Below are positions 12,594 to 24,504 of a stretch of 64,000 nucleotides of DNA, one piece after another. The translations under genes were made by a program, and so were the position numbers. The DNA lies in assembly GCA_973895155.1 (NCBI GenBank), contig OZ316894.1, positions 26,211,240 through 26,275,239 of the forward strand, read 5' to 3'. Source of the DNA: Marsupella aquatica. Lineage: Eukaryota; Plantae; Marchantiophyta. Under the pieces are notes generated by a model, which was not told the DNA's origin, made no database searches, and was given only the letters and a program-made list of their open reading frames with translations. The first letter of the stretch is position 1. The number at the start of each line of letters is the position of its first letter.

Positions 12594-14363
12594 TCTCGCT
12601 AAATCGAAGGACCTGGAATTCGAAGGACCCCTTAAATTTTTTTAACTATTTTCTTAATGTGCTTGTTAGTGTAGTGTTGAGAGTCTTATAGGTTGTTCTC
12701 TTCGAGTAAAGATTAAAACTACAGATGATGTTAGTTCGGCTTGAACAGGAGCCATCCATTCTTTGAGATCCCAAGCCTTGTTGCTAGATTGTGCGAATAA
12801 AACGGATCTTATTTGATACTATCTAAATTCTGCATATATATTAATAATAGTTCGAAAGCTGGTATACCCAGTGAGTAAGTGTATTACAATTTATTCTCGT
12901 TGTTTTTCAAAAGCTCCCCTTGACTTGTACATTTTTATTTCTGAATGCCGATTTCTCCTATTATTTTTTCAGAGTATGCTTTCTTACCTACTCTCTCCAT
13001 TGGTAAATTTTAAACCATTCAATTGAGAGAAATGTGACCCTTCCAAGAAAGTTTTCTGACACACTCTTGAGGCTCTCTTAACTCCGAAAACATTTTGTTA
13101 GTCAGTTGCAAACTTTTAAGAATTATTTTTTGCTCTCAAAACTGAAGCAGGCACGCTTTACTTCAGAAGTAAAATTCTGTTAGTCAGTTCCAAAATTTTA
13201 AGAATTATTGGTTGCACACTCTCGAAAGTGAAGTAAAATTTGGTTATTCAGGTATTATTTATTTATTGGATGAACTAGAAGGGTACCCAATTAGGAAGAC
13301 ACAAATGTATTCACTCTCTATCTCTATTCCCAGTGAGATGGTGGTGCTTTACTGCAAAGTACATTAGGAGGTTACAATGATCATCAGCCGTACAGCAAAG
13401 AACACTACAGAAGTACAGATCCATCCATTCGCTCCGATCCATTCTGTCAGGGAATGTTTCGAGTTGCATTACAATATTGAACTTACTTTGCAGAACTGAC
13501 AGGACAATCATGAGGTTTGACGGACTCTCAAATGTTTTGTGCGAAAAAATAGAGTGCGAATTTTTGGTCCTCGAATTGACGAGTCAAGTGTCTACTAAAT
13601 TGACATACTGCAATGCACGGAATAATCATTCATCCATGCACAAGGACATGCATGCTATCGAGAATGACAGGCAGGAAAAGATCACGATGTCCTCAAGTTT
13701 CTCAACATCTCTGTCGATAGTTATGTTCAATGGATCTCTCCATCTCTCTAGCGTACAGTTACTGTTCTGACCGAAGCATGCTATCAGCAACCGGAATTTT
13801 TCTGCGGGACGTTCGTGTACAAATATGTCGGTCCCCTGCCTACAAGCAAGAATTCAAGAGTCATGCAAGCAAGCGCAATTGATTTCAAGTATACATGAGC
13901 AGGGGAGGTGATCTCTTCAATTGCAAAATGATTTCATCCGGATTCATAGCAAATTATTTGAATGTGTAAAGAGTTTACATGAGGGATTTGCTTGCAAACA
14001 GTAAAGATGCTTGTGTACGTGACTGCGTGCTTTCCTCTTACCCATCGCAGCCGCCGACGGGCAGGCCAGCGAAGGGTTCGAGTACAATAGTAGTCTCAGA
14101 AATAGAATCGAGTGACGGTATCATGTGCGGGAAGGAAGGTCTCGTGGGCATGGGCCGGAGTGCGTCCTATCGTGTGTACATATTCCCCCTTATGATGGAC
14201 TGAGTAGAGCGGAGGGATTCAATGCCCACAACAGTATCCTCTTCTCTTACGAAAAGTCAATTTACTCGATGCCCTGATACCCCGATACCCCACCTCTCTT
14301 CGAAATCAAGATATGGAATTAAATACTCAGTATTACAGTGTTAACAGTTTACGAACCGTAGCG

Positions 14364-16426
14364 TCACTTTTTGTTCAACTCTGTGGCAAAAGGTGCGCTC
14401 TTCGCGTTGCTTCCACATTTGATCTGCAGGTTGTTCAAGCAAGTAATTTCATGGTATTCTCATTGTCAGAATTATCCCCGACATCATGATTTTCCCAGGA
14501 TGGGTGGAGCTAGGCTTCTGTGAACCACAACACAAGAGGCAAGCAAATGAACATAGCCCAAACAATGCGCTTTCGGTAGAATGTAATTTACGGAACTATA
14601 CCTTAGCGGAATAATGGCTTTCATCTCGATCCCATGGAGCGGTCGATGTCTTCTGCCTATTCTGCAAATTTTCACATCAGGTCAGAGGTAAGTCGAACTT
14701 CATGAGGCTGAATTGAACTCGCAGCTAGTTCCAACTGCTACAACTTATCGACTCCCGATCGATGAGCACAGTCGACCAGCCCGACTCCAAAGTGCCGAAA
14801 ACTGCGTCCTTTGACCATTCCGTATTTCTGCCGAGATTCAGGAAAATCTCGGACGTTTCCTACCAAAACACAGATCCACTGTGCGAGGAACTGGGAAGCA
14901 TCTTTCCGAACCGACCGTTTTGAGAGGCGGTGTCCCATCAGCCTTTACGTAATAATATACATCCTTGCTACCCTCAAAAACAGCAGGCCCCGCAGCGGCA
15001 GCGGGCCCCAGATTGCAAAGTGCACTGAGATCTACGCATGGAATTGCAAACTACGAAGGCCCACAAACAAGTGCAGAACAGAAGTGACTCTCAGTACACA
15101 AAACAGCAGAGACAGATGTGCTCCTGCCTGTAGACCTGGCGCTTTCTGGGCAGGATTCGGAGATCCGTTGACAATCCTCTGCACAGTGGGAAGGAAGGTT
15201 TCAAACGGGTTATTTTACTGCTCAAAGATGCTACCAAACTTCTTTCAAATCACTGAGCAGATTGAATTGCACACACCCAAAGCGGGCCACAAAGTCGATA
15301 TGAACTGCAGGTGATGCATTCAAATGACAGAAATCCATCCACTACAGTGATGCAGGCTGTCGTAATCTCGCTCGACTATACACTCGAGATAAACCCAGGG
15401 GATCCCATTGGCCTGGAGAGCATACAGCGGCTCCAACATTTTGCCGGATAACCCACTTGGATTACTTTGCATTCGCGACTCCGGGACCTATTGTCATGAG
15501 TCAAAATGACTACCCAGAATTGAGGAGTACATCCACTCCGAACGAATCAGCATTACGTTGGAACGATCATCAATTTCTGTGCTGATCCCATGGTCCGATT
15601 TTGTGGATCCTTTAGCGGTTCATTCATTCCGTTCTTGACCACGTACACAACACCGGCGTGGAACACATAATTTACCCGTACACCCTCGTTCCGGACGATG
15701 GAAGGTGGATGTAGTTCTAACTTTCGGCTGCGACGCGTGTGTGAATCCTAAAGCCGCAACGCAACACCAACATTAGAAGGAAATCAGATTCTGTGCCTCG
15801 CGTCAGACTGGCAATTGCAAGCCTTAGCGAATTTACTCAGACCACGCAAGCCCTTCAGCGCCCTCAGACCGAGCCGAGCCGAGCAGAGCCGAGGCTGCGG
15901 CGGCATTCGCTTACAGAGCTTGGAAAAAACAAACAAAGCTGACTACTTCTACGCAACAACACCTTCAGCCGCTTACACGGAAGATTTTATAACTGCTACT
16001 AAAAAAAATCTTTGGCCGCTCCATACTGAAGTGATACGTACAACTCGACGTAGAGACACCGCTATCCGGCCCCCTACTGAAGAATTTCACTTCTGCACTG
16101 AACGTCGGGGATTCCAAATCTAGGAAGCAGGACCGGACGGTGGTCACGTCGACAGAAGAATTCAACTCAACGCCTTAACAACCAGAATGGCAGAGAGGGA
16201 GGGAGAATGATGCATTGCAATGTACCTGTCGCGGAATGGGCAGATTGTCGGAGGTAGCAAACGGAGCAGTTTGCGAGGACGAGTAGTAGTGAGGCTCTAC
16301 TCTGGTGCTGCTGTTGCTGTGAGGAGGCCGCTCATCCCTCTCCCAGGGTGCCGATCCCACCTTCTCCCTCTCCTGATATTTGGGCAAGTCATGCATTGTC
16401 GCGTAGGGCGCCTCCTTGGACGACAT
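14364..16426 (-). CDS. Uncharacterised 106-aa protein with alternating AP(F/Y)AT and APW(E/D)RDE repeats
   Basis: Exons 16426-16226, 14661-14602, 14423-14364 with phase-0 GT-AG junctions. Spliced product MSSKEAPYATMHDLPKYQEREKVGSAPWERDE...TAPFATSDNLPIPRQ/NRQKTSTAPWDRDESHYSAK/IKCGSNAKSAPFATELNKK*. Repeat spacing is preserved across the exon junctions. Confidence 0.7.
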
Positions 16427-19400
16427 TCTCAACTGCTCCAGAGACTGCTTCAACGGCTTCTTCCGATCGTTCTTTCGTCTCAACGGGGGATTCTCCGTGG
16501 AGAAAACGAATTGCCACGGCGGATGCGGACTATTGAGAATTGTTGGCTTGTATCCATAATCCAGCTTTTAAGACCGCTGAGTCCCTCTTGTAATGGCCGT
16601 AAGAGGGCGGGGACAATTTTCAAACTTAATCAACGAGAGATTCACGCTCCAACCAAAAAACTCCAACCAAAAAATCCTCAACGCACTGAAAGCAACGTAC
16701 GACAGTCCTGTTGATCGATTGTCCCCTAGTTTGCCAGCTTGCTTCACTTTCCTAGTCAGCAGCAGATCGATGACGCTCGAAAGAAGGCACCAACGGCAAA
16801 ACCGATACCAACCAGAACGACGGAAGCAGCGCCGAGAGCCTTAAATTTGCCTCTTCTTCGTCCCAATTCTCAGCAAATCTTCAAAACCCAGAAACCCAGA
16901 AAGCGAGGAGGCGACGCAACGCAATGCAGCTCAATTCAGCGGGCAATCAAGCAATCCGTGGTCGTTTCTGTCGATAGTTGAACAAGCGGTTCAAAGTCAC
17001 AACAAAGGAGCGTGAATGCACCCGGAATTGCTGGCGATCGAGATCGGGATGGAGAGAGTGGGCGAGGGCGAGAGGGAGAGGGATCGAGAGAGTTCTAGCT
17101 AGAGGCTTCGATTAGATGATTGCGTGAATCAAGGTCGCGGAGGAATCATGAACAAAATGTTCGTGCGTTCTGATGGAGATGACAAAGGAGGAGCAGCGAG
17201 GGAATTGCGACTGCTGATGCGGGCCCAGCAGGCCAGTCGCCTGGAGCGGGTGCCATCGCTACAGGAATCCAGGGCGGGAGGGATGGTGGGATCGAGAAAA
17301 AGGCGAGGCGATGCACAGCTTGCGCTGCAATCGACGAGGAAAGCTTGCGCTGCGCCTAGAGCTGAGGGACGGGACGGGACGAGTCGAGGCGTGAGGAGCG
17401 CTCGCGGGCGGGGGGCGGGGGCCAACTTACTTTATTACTGTTGGGGTGGAGGTTGGAGGAGCGAGGTGCTGGTCAGGGTGACGAGGACGGTGACGTGGCA
17501 AGGAGAGGGGGCTCAGGCTTGGGGTGGTGGGAGCCCCCCGGGGGGCGCGGGGGGGGGGAGGAGGGTAGAAGGGGCGAATGCTCGAGAGCGGTTGGGGAAA
17601 CGGCCTTTTGAGATAGTATAAAGTAGTGCTTAGAGAGTACATTATGGAATATTAAGGAATACTAGACCTTACTACCAGTTCTTTAATGAAATGATTAAAA
17701 AAATCATATATGTCATTATTTTAAAAAATAATATTTAACATATGCCATATTCATTTCTATGCACTTATATTATGGTGGGGCCATATAGCTCATTTTTTTA
17801 TGTAAACAGAAATCATAACAAAAAGTATACATGATTCACGTGATGAGTTATGATTATCATTTTACATACATCATAGTCATGGGTTTTCCTTTTCATATGA
17901 TGAGCCATAGAGTTATGGTCTAGGAGTTATGGTCTTGAGTCTTCAGCCTAAGCCCAAACTCTAGCTTGTAATTGACACTTTATAAATAATATATATTTTC
18001 CCCCAAAAAAGTGAGCTTCCGTTTGAGTTTGGAGAGGCTATTGCCCTATAATGCTCTCGGGAAGGACCTTAATAACTTAAGATATTATTCTATTGCCAAT
18101 TTTAGTAGAAGTAAAGGAGAATCAATCCTAAGGGGCATCTTTCTCCAAGAATGCAGTGAAATATGCAAAGTGAAAAATCAGGAAGGGCGTTGAGTTTAGA
18201 GATTTATCACATATTAAGTCTTAGCAAGGGGGGGTGAAAAAGACCCTTTTATTTATATAGTTATCATATGTTGAATCTCAGCAAGGCATGGTGAGAAAGA
18301 TGAATATATATCACAGTGCCAATGAAATCAAAATACAAGAGCCCAGACCCAATAAAGGGGAGAAAATATGAGACAACCAGGAAAACCAAGGAGCCCATAA
18401 GCTAAGATAAACTGCACTAAACCAGGATACAGGATCCTAAAGCACTGAGACCTGCTAAAGGGGAGAAAAAAACGATAAAAAGCCCTGGAAGACCAAAGAG
18501 TCAAATAAACAAGTCCCCAACAATGGCTTAAGAACTAAAACCTTAGTGAGCAGCACACTAGACTTGAGCCCAACTGGGCACCACATTGAAAAGCCTGGTA
18601 TAGCTAAAGAACTAAAACCCTTGTGAACAGAAAACTAAAACCCCAGTGTGCAGCACACTGAAAAGATATAACTCCAAAGTAAACAGCATAGGAGGGTTGC
18701 AAAGAGGTCTGTTACAGTTATGCAAAGTGCATCATTTTTATGAGACGGGGCAATGATCATATCATCTGGAGACACCATACTCCCAATGGCTTCTCGCAGC
18801 CCAAGAAAACAGTCACATGATGCGATGATTCTACTCCTGAAAGCTGATGACACTAGTCTTTTTAATTGGTTAAATCAACAAAAACTGACAGATTAGGATT
18901 TACCAATCAGATAACAATAATCACGCCCATTTTCAGGTCAGGGTTTACATGTTTAGTCAAGAAATTAAAAAATTCCAGACTGCATCTAAACTGCAGACTA
19001 AAACCATTGCAGACTGAAAATCCTGGTACAGCAAAGTCTGCCCCAAAACACTGAAATGTGAAAATGAGGGTGAATGGATACTTAATCATTACTCGGGCGT
19101 CCCAAACCTGCACATTCCCAAGAATTTTCAGACTGCCGTGATGAACGACTGCATCGGCAATCTCTTTCCGAATGTTTCTAGTTATTCTTCGTCCATCGAA
19201 GGAGATGGGGCGTTGCTCACAGCCTGGGAGAATTGTCATGAAGAAAACTTGAAAGAAAAAGACTGCATCGGCATTTTCCAACTCTGTTCCAAGTTTTATG
19301 GTCAAATATTTACGTCCTCTTGCAGAATTCTATGGTGCTGTTTCAGATCAGCTGTAGTTTTCTGAAGTGATGCAGTCAGGTTTGGCTCATATTTAGACAT

Positions 19401-20656
19401 TGGATCTCTTGTCATCGGCTGGGAAAACAACCTCATTGACTACGTTCCAGAGTCCAAACTGCGAAATTTCATCGTCCAATTCTCGACAAGACGCAACGCC
19501 TTGGATCGAAGTGCCTCTGAGTTTCGCTAATCACCCTTTGAGCATGCAGGGCTTCGTCACTCTTAGTAAAGTTGGCTCTGCCATTATTTGTCCACCCAAT
19601 TTCCTTTTGGGCATCAATTACACGCTTGTCTTTCTGGACATCGGTCGTCGTTGAGGGTGGAGAGGGACAGCCGATGAGACAAATCAATCACACGGTAGTG
19701 TGCTCATGCTTCGTTTAATGAAATTTAGGGTTTATGTACAATCGTAGAGGATCTAAATTGTGATTCAGTTCATTGTGCTTTCAAAACTCTCCTTCCAATA
19801 GTTCTGTTGGTCGTTGTTTGAGATTAAGAATCTGTTCCCCCGAGTTTTACCTCCTCATTTAGGTTAGATTGCGACTCTGTCTGAAAATTTCCTGCACTGT
19901 AACTTTGCTCGAGTTTTTGTTACTTCGTTCGAATTGCTTATCTTTGTTCAGGATCCGAGCTTCGAGGATGTCTTATATGGTATTGGATTGTTACTGTAAT
20001 GTTAACTACGAGGCAGTTTTTTACTTCAGGTTTGCAATCTTAATTTGACTTGGTATGGAGCCCCTTCTCTGGACATCCTGAGAGCAAATCGAGTTTTCTC
20101 TGCTTTATTCAGTTTTCTCTCCTGAAGATTTGGAAGCTTACTTTTTAATTCGCATTGACACCCTCCGTTCACACATCTTAAGGCCAGTTCGAGTTTGTAA
20201 TCTTTGTTTGAATCTTACTTTGGCTTCTTTCAAGGTTCTTTGTGCTTTCGGGTTGTCTCCTGTCTGATTGAATTGCTGCCCGTTGTGTGGACAACTCTTT
20301 GGTTGGGTGCTCCCATTTGATACATGCAGCTCGGCTTGCTCTGAGTGGGAGGCTCTTCTTTATCTCACTCGGTCTCACTGAGCAGGTTGGTTTTCGTAAG
20401 CTTACGTTCTGTCAGTTGCGATTCACTTTTTGTAAGCTCGATATGATTGGGCACAAAACTGTGGTTTAGGGTATTGTAATTTGGCACGTTACCTCATTTT
20501 CATGGAATTCGTCCAGCTGTGGCCAACGATAAAGTGGGGGTGGCATGATAAAATGAGAACGCTGGCTTATTTCATTTGAGGTCGTTTGTCTCCCTCTCTA
20601 TCTCCAAACAATGCTTTTGGTTATGGCTACCTTCACCAGAGTTGGTTAAGATTTCT

Positions 20657-20862
20657 CAAAATCTTAGTTGGATCAGACAGGGTACCAGTGAGTTGGTGGA
20701 GCCGAGCTTAATGGCTATGGCAAACCCAGCTGAACGGCGAGAGCACACACATGAAATCAAATCTTAGTTAGATCAGACAGGATACCAGTGAGTTCGTGGG
20801 TGGGGCCGAGCTGATGGCTATGGCAATCCCAGCTGAAGGGCGAGAGCACACACCTGAAATCA
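20657..20862. repeat. Tandem duplication of a ~100-bp unit
   Basis: AAATCTTAGTT.GATCAGACAGG.TACCAGTGAGTT...GGCGAGAGCACACAC.TGAAATCA occurs twice. Confidence 0.9.
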
Positions 20863-23800
20863 CTGTGATCACTTAACTTTAGAGCTGCAATTTGTACCCT
20901 TTTTGCAAACCGCGACCTGGTCTGCAGCATTCTGGTCACATGAAGCCTCTGTGGAAAAGAAGCTTTGAAATGCCCAATTGGAATCCGTTTTTGCACTGTA
21001 GGTTTAGGTCTTGACAACAATCATCAGAGAGTTTGGCGGTATGTAGCTTTCATGTTGTGGCTTTTCAAATTGCCTGAGAAATACACCAATTATAACACCT
21101 AGAAGCGTAAGAAAGTGGAGAAGAGTGGGGTGGTGTTTAGAGGATGGATAGCAACGGCTAAACTGAAGATCATTGACATTCCTCTGGTGGCTTGGATTGG
21201 GGGCATCGATGTCTGCTGCTGTGTCATTTTTTTCAAGTCATTGCCTGAGCTTGAGAATGACTAGAGAAGAGGCGAAACACATGGTTGCTTGCTGGCTTGG
21301 ATAAGTGTCCACCTCCTTCCCCCTTGCTGTTGTTTTAGCTTTTCTCTTTGACTGCAGCACACGGAGTTTGTGACGACCAGCAGACCGAGTTGTGAAGCCT
21401 AGTTGCTCAATGAGGAACGTGTTGATCAAACCGATGGGGAAATGATTTCTTCAAGAGATGAGAGTGTTGCCGGCCCTCTGGGGTTTCAATTCAATCCACA
21501 GAATTGGTGCATCATGTGTGACAAAAAAAAACAGGGTCACTCTATTGGTTATAAGGGAAAACTTCTAAATTTTTGTGGAAATATTTTAGGGCCATTTAAA
21601 TCCAATATGTTTGGAGTCTTGTAAGAAGACATGGGAAATTTCTGGAGAATTCCAAGAATGTTCTAATTTTCTAGTGATAAAAAAAATTCTTACATTTTAG
21701 GAGGTCTAAGGCTTACAAACATCACAGGTGATGGGGGGTTACTGTATAGTGAGATCCCCGAGTGCCCGCCCTTGAGGTGCAACCATCAAACTGTGCTGGC
21801 AATTGTCATTCTTTAAAGTAACATAAACCCTGCATGACAAGCCGTTTTGTGTAAACTCTACCTATCAATGCAAGTTTGTCCATAAGGGATGAGAGGCAAG
21901 ATCGAGACTACTTAGCCAGAGTAATTAGGGAAGGCACTTTGTGTTCAGGTGAATACAAGGCTTGAGAGGTGTAGGCAATCAATCAAACCTTGGGTCAATA
22001 ATGATTTAAATGATTTGGGCGGGTAAAACTCAGGGATAAAATACAAACTTTGGGTGAGGTTTTTGTTAAAGAAAAAAAAAATGTATTTAATAGAGCCCAA
22101 CTTGCAGTTTTTACACTTTCAAAAAAAATCATAATTGAAAGGATGCAGACAAAGCCAACAGAGGGCAAGCAAAGTACTAGAGGTTTCATCCTGAATTGGT
22201 GTGATTTCTCTCTTTAGCATTCAGGATCAAAGCTAACATTGAGGCTCATTGATAAACCTCCAGTATTATACTGCCCGGACCTCTGTCAACATATTCTCTA
22301 TCCATCTGATTGAAGTGTAAAAATTAACTGAGTGATTCCCACCCAAAGGTGGAGTTTGTGTTAAAAGAATGAACATTGTCAGTATTTAATCCCTATGCTT
22401 AAACTGCCAAACTCATTTAGGCTACAATTGACCCATTATTTGATTGATTTCCGATACCTCTCACGCCTACTACAAGGGCAGTTACCCTAATTGCATGGGA
22501 TTGGGCTAATGAGCCTCAATCTTGCCTCTTGTCCTTTGTATCCAAAATTTGCTTTAATGTGGTAGTATTAATTACCCAGACTGTTTTTGTTTTTGTTTTT
22601 GTTTTTTGCCCACTGTTTGTTGAACAGTATGGTTGTAAAAGAAAGGTTTAGGGCAGGCAGCCTGATTTTAAAGGGAGAGAGGGCTAGTTGCAAATCATTG
22701 TGGTCATCGGCTAGCCCCAAGCTGAGTGGTAGAGTATGACTGTGGAACAGGGCAGGTCTCCAGTTTGAAACCTGTTGGCACTGTTCTCTTTTAACATCCA
22801 TCCCACCAAGTGAGATTCATTTAGACCGTGGTCACACTAAGAAATATTGTGACAACTCAGAGGCAGCGGGCTTACGAAGGGTAGCAAGCTCGGTAGCAAG
22901 CACGGCAATGGGTGTACATAAGGCTCATAATAAGCCTCAAAGTTGTCTCTCATTGTGAAATCAATCTATCTTATCCATAGCCACAGGGTTTGAACTTTTT
23001 ATGTCAAGGCTGTACTTACACGGATTGGCATATTAATCATCAAAGGACTTTCTCGGACCAAAGCAAACCTTGGTATGTCCATACTAAGTCCAATGGTTTT
23101 GGTCATAACTACTGTAGCTGAATGCTTGTAGATGTTTTTTACTTGCAGGAATTATGACACCTTACTGCCAATAAACCACTTATATGTGTGACCAATGGAT
23201 CAATTATTGGTCACACACAACTAAACAATATAAACAAATGTCTGGCTTGCTTGTGTTAAAGTAATGCAGAAACACTTACATTGTTGACTGGATGGTGTCA
23301 AGCATGACATACTAATCTATCTATAATTTGCTTTTAAAGTTTACCATTCATGATCTACTCAGTAGAGTGAAGCAATGAAGCCAAATGCTGTAATTTCTCT
23401 GGTAACACAAAACTTTGATACGTAGATTACAAGAGATACCAATATGTACAAGACTTACATGTGTGTCCTAACTGCAAATCAATCATATTTATTTGCTGCC
23501 AAGGCGATTCTTGACTATTGCCATTTCAATACATCTGAAAACTGGAACCATGCCCATCACCTACTCATTGTCACTTTCCTCTAACGTATCACCAATTGAA
23601 AGCTAATCATGACTACACTTGATTCTATGCTACCATGGTCATCTGGGTACCTACTACAGTCCATTCTTGTAGTGAATGTTAACAGTAGTTGCATCAATGG
23701 CTTTCTAGGGTTAAGGCTACAGCTACTGTTTACGGACAACCAGTAGAACAATACAACACTCAAGCATAACCAACTTTGTTGATGTAGCAATGTAAATATA

Positions 23801-24504
23801 TTGATTCCAAGGGGTTTTAGAGGAATAAATGGAACACTAAAGTAGCTTTGATACTAAAAACAACTTAGGTTAGTGTACTGAGATTAAACAGTGTGCTGTA
23901 CTGCAATCAACCCATGATAAGATCAGAGAGAAGAAAATTGTGGACAATGCCTCCATGCGCCCCATCAAGCAACCCCACAAACTCCCCATCAAGGACAGTG
24001 CTAAGTTTGGCACCCATCAAATTATAATTCCCTGAGTAGATATATAACTTTTTTATGTCTCTTATTCCATTAAACTAACATCTATTGTAAGAACAATGTT
24101 AAGCCTGAGTAAAGGAAACCAAATCCCCATCCAAAATATACCAGGAAAATGAGAAACTAGATACAAAAGTAATGTACGTGCAAAGTGTTCCGGTACTATT
24201 TTGTCCTACTTACATGTTAATTTTCCTCTTACTCAAAATAAAATAAAATTGGAATACTTAATTAAGGGATACCATAGACAATATTCACTGAGAATAAAAA
24301 CACGCAAAATATATAAGCCAATAAATTTTCTAACTATTTTGAAGTTAGCTGCAGTTGAGGCTAAGTCAACCCTATTGTTTGTAAGAATCTTAGGTTGAAT
24401 AAATGACTAAACATTAGAACACATATGGCATGATGTCCACCAAATCAAATAAAATTGACACATTCTTCCAATGAAATTTGATTTAATTGCCTAGCATAGA
24501 TAAA

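Noticed and set aside
13756-15720. Additional minus-strand candidate exons (near 15700, 15450, 15150, 14100, 13800) for the microprotein gene
   Set aside because: They break the repeat register or lie after the stop codon; they may be alternative or UTR exons but cannot be supported.
16220-17621. Plus-strand ORFs of 164 and 165 aa
   Set aside because: GC-rich shadows of the minus-strand gene's first exon, leader and promoter; no recognisable motifs.
19724-19734. TAAACCCTAAA on the minus strand as a possible telomerase RNA template
   Set aside because: No USE/TATA snRNA-type promoter is visible; an ordinary telo-box near a 5' intron explains it.
21070-21120. CTGAGAAATACACC...CACCT..AGCGTAAGAAAG resembles a TPP riboswitch core
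   Set aside because: The P4/P5 pyrophosphate-binding arm is missing, P1 and P2 are unconvincing, and there is no thiamine gene nearby.
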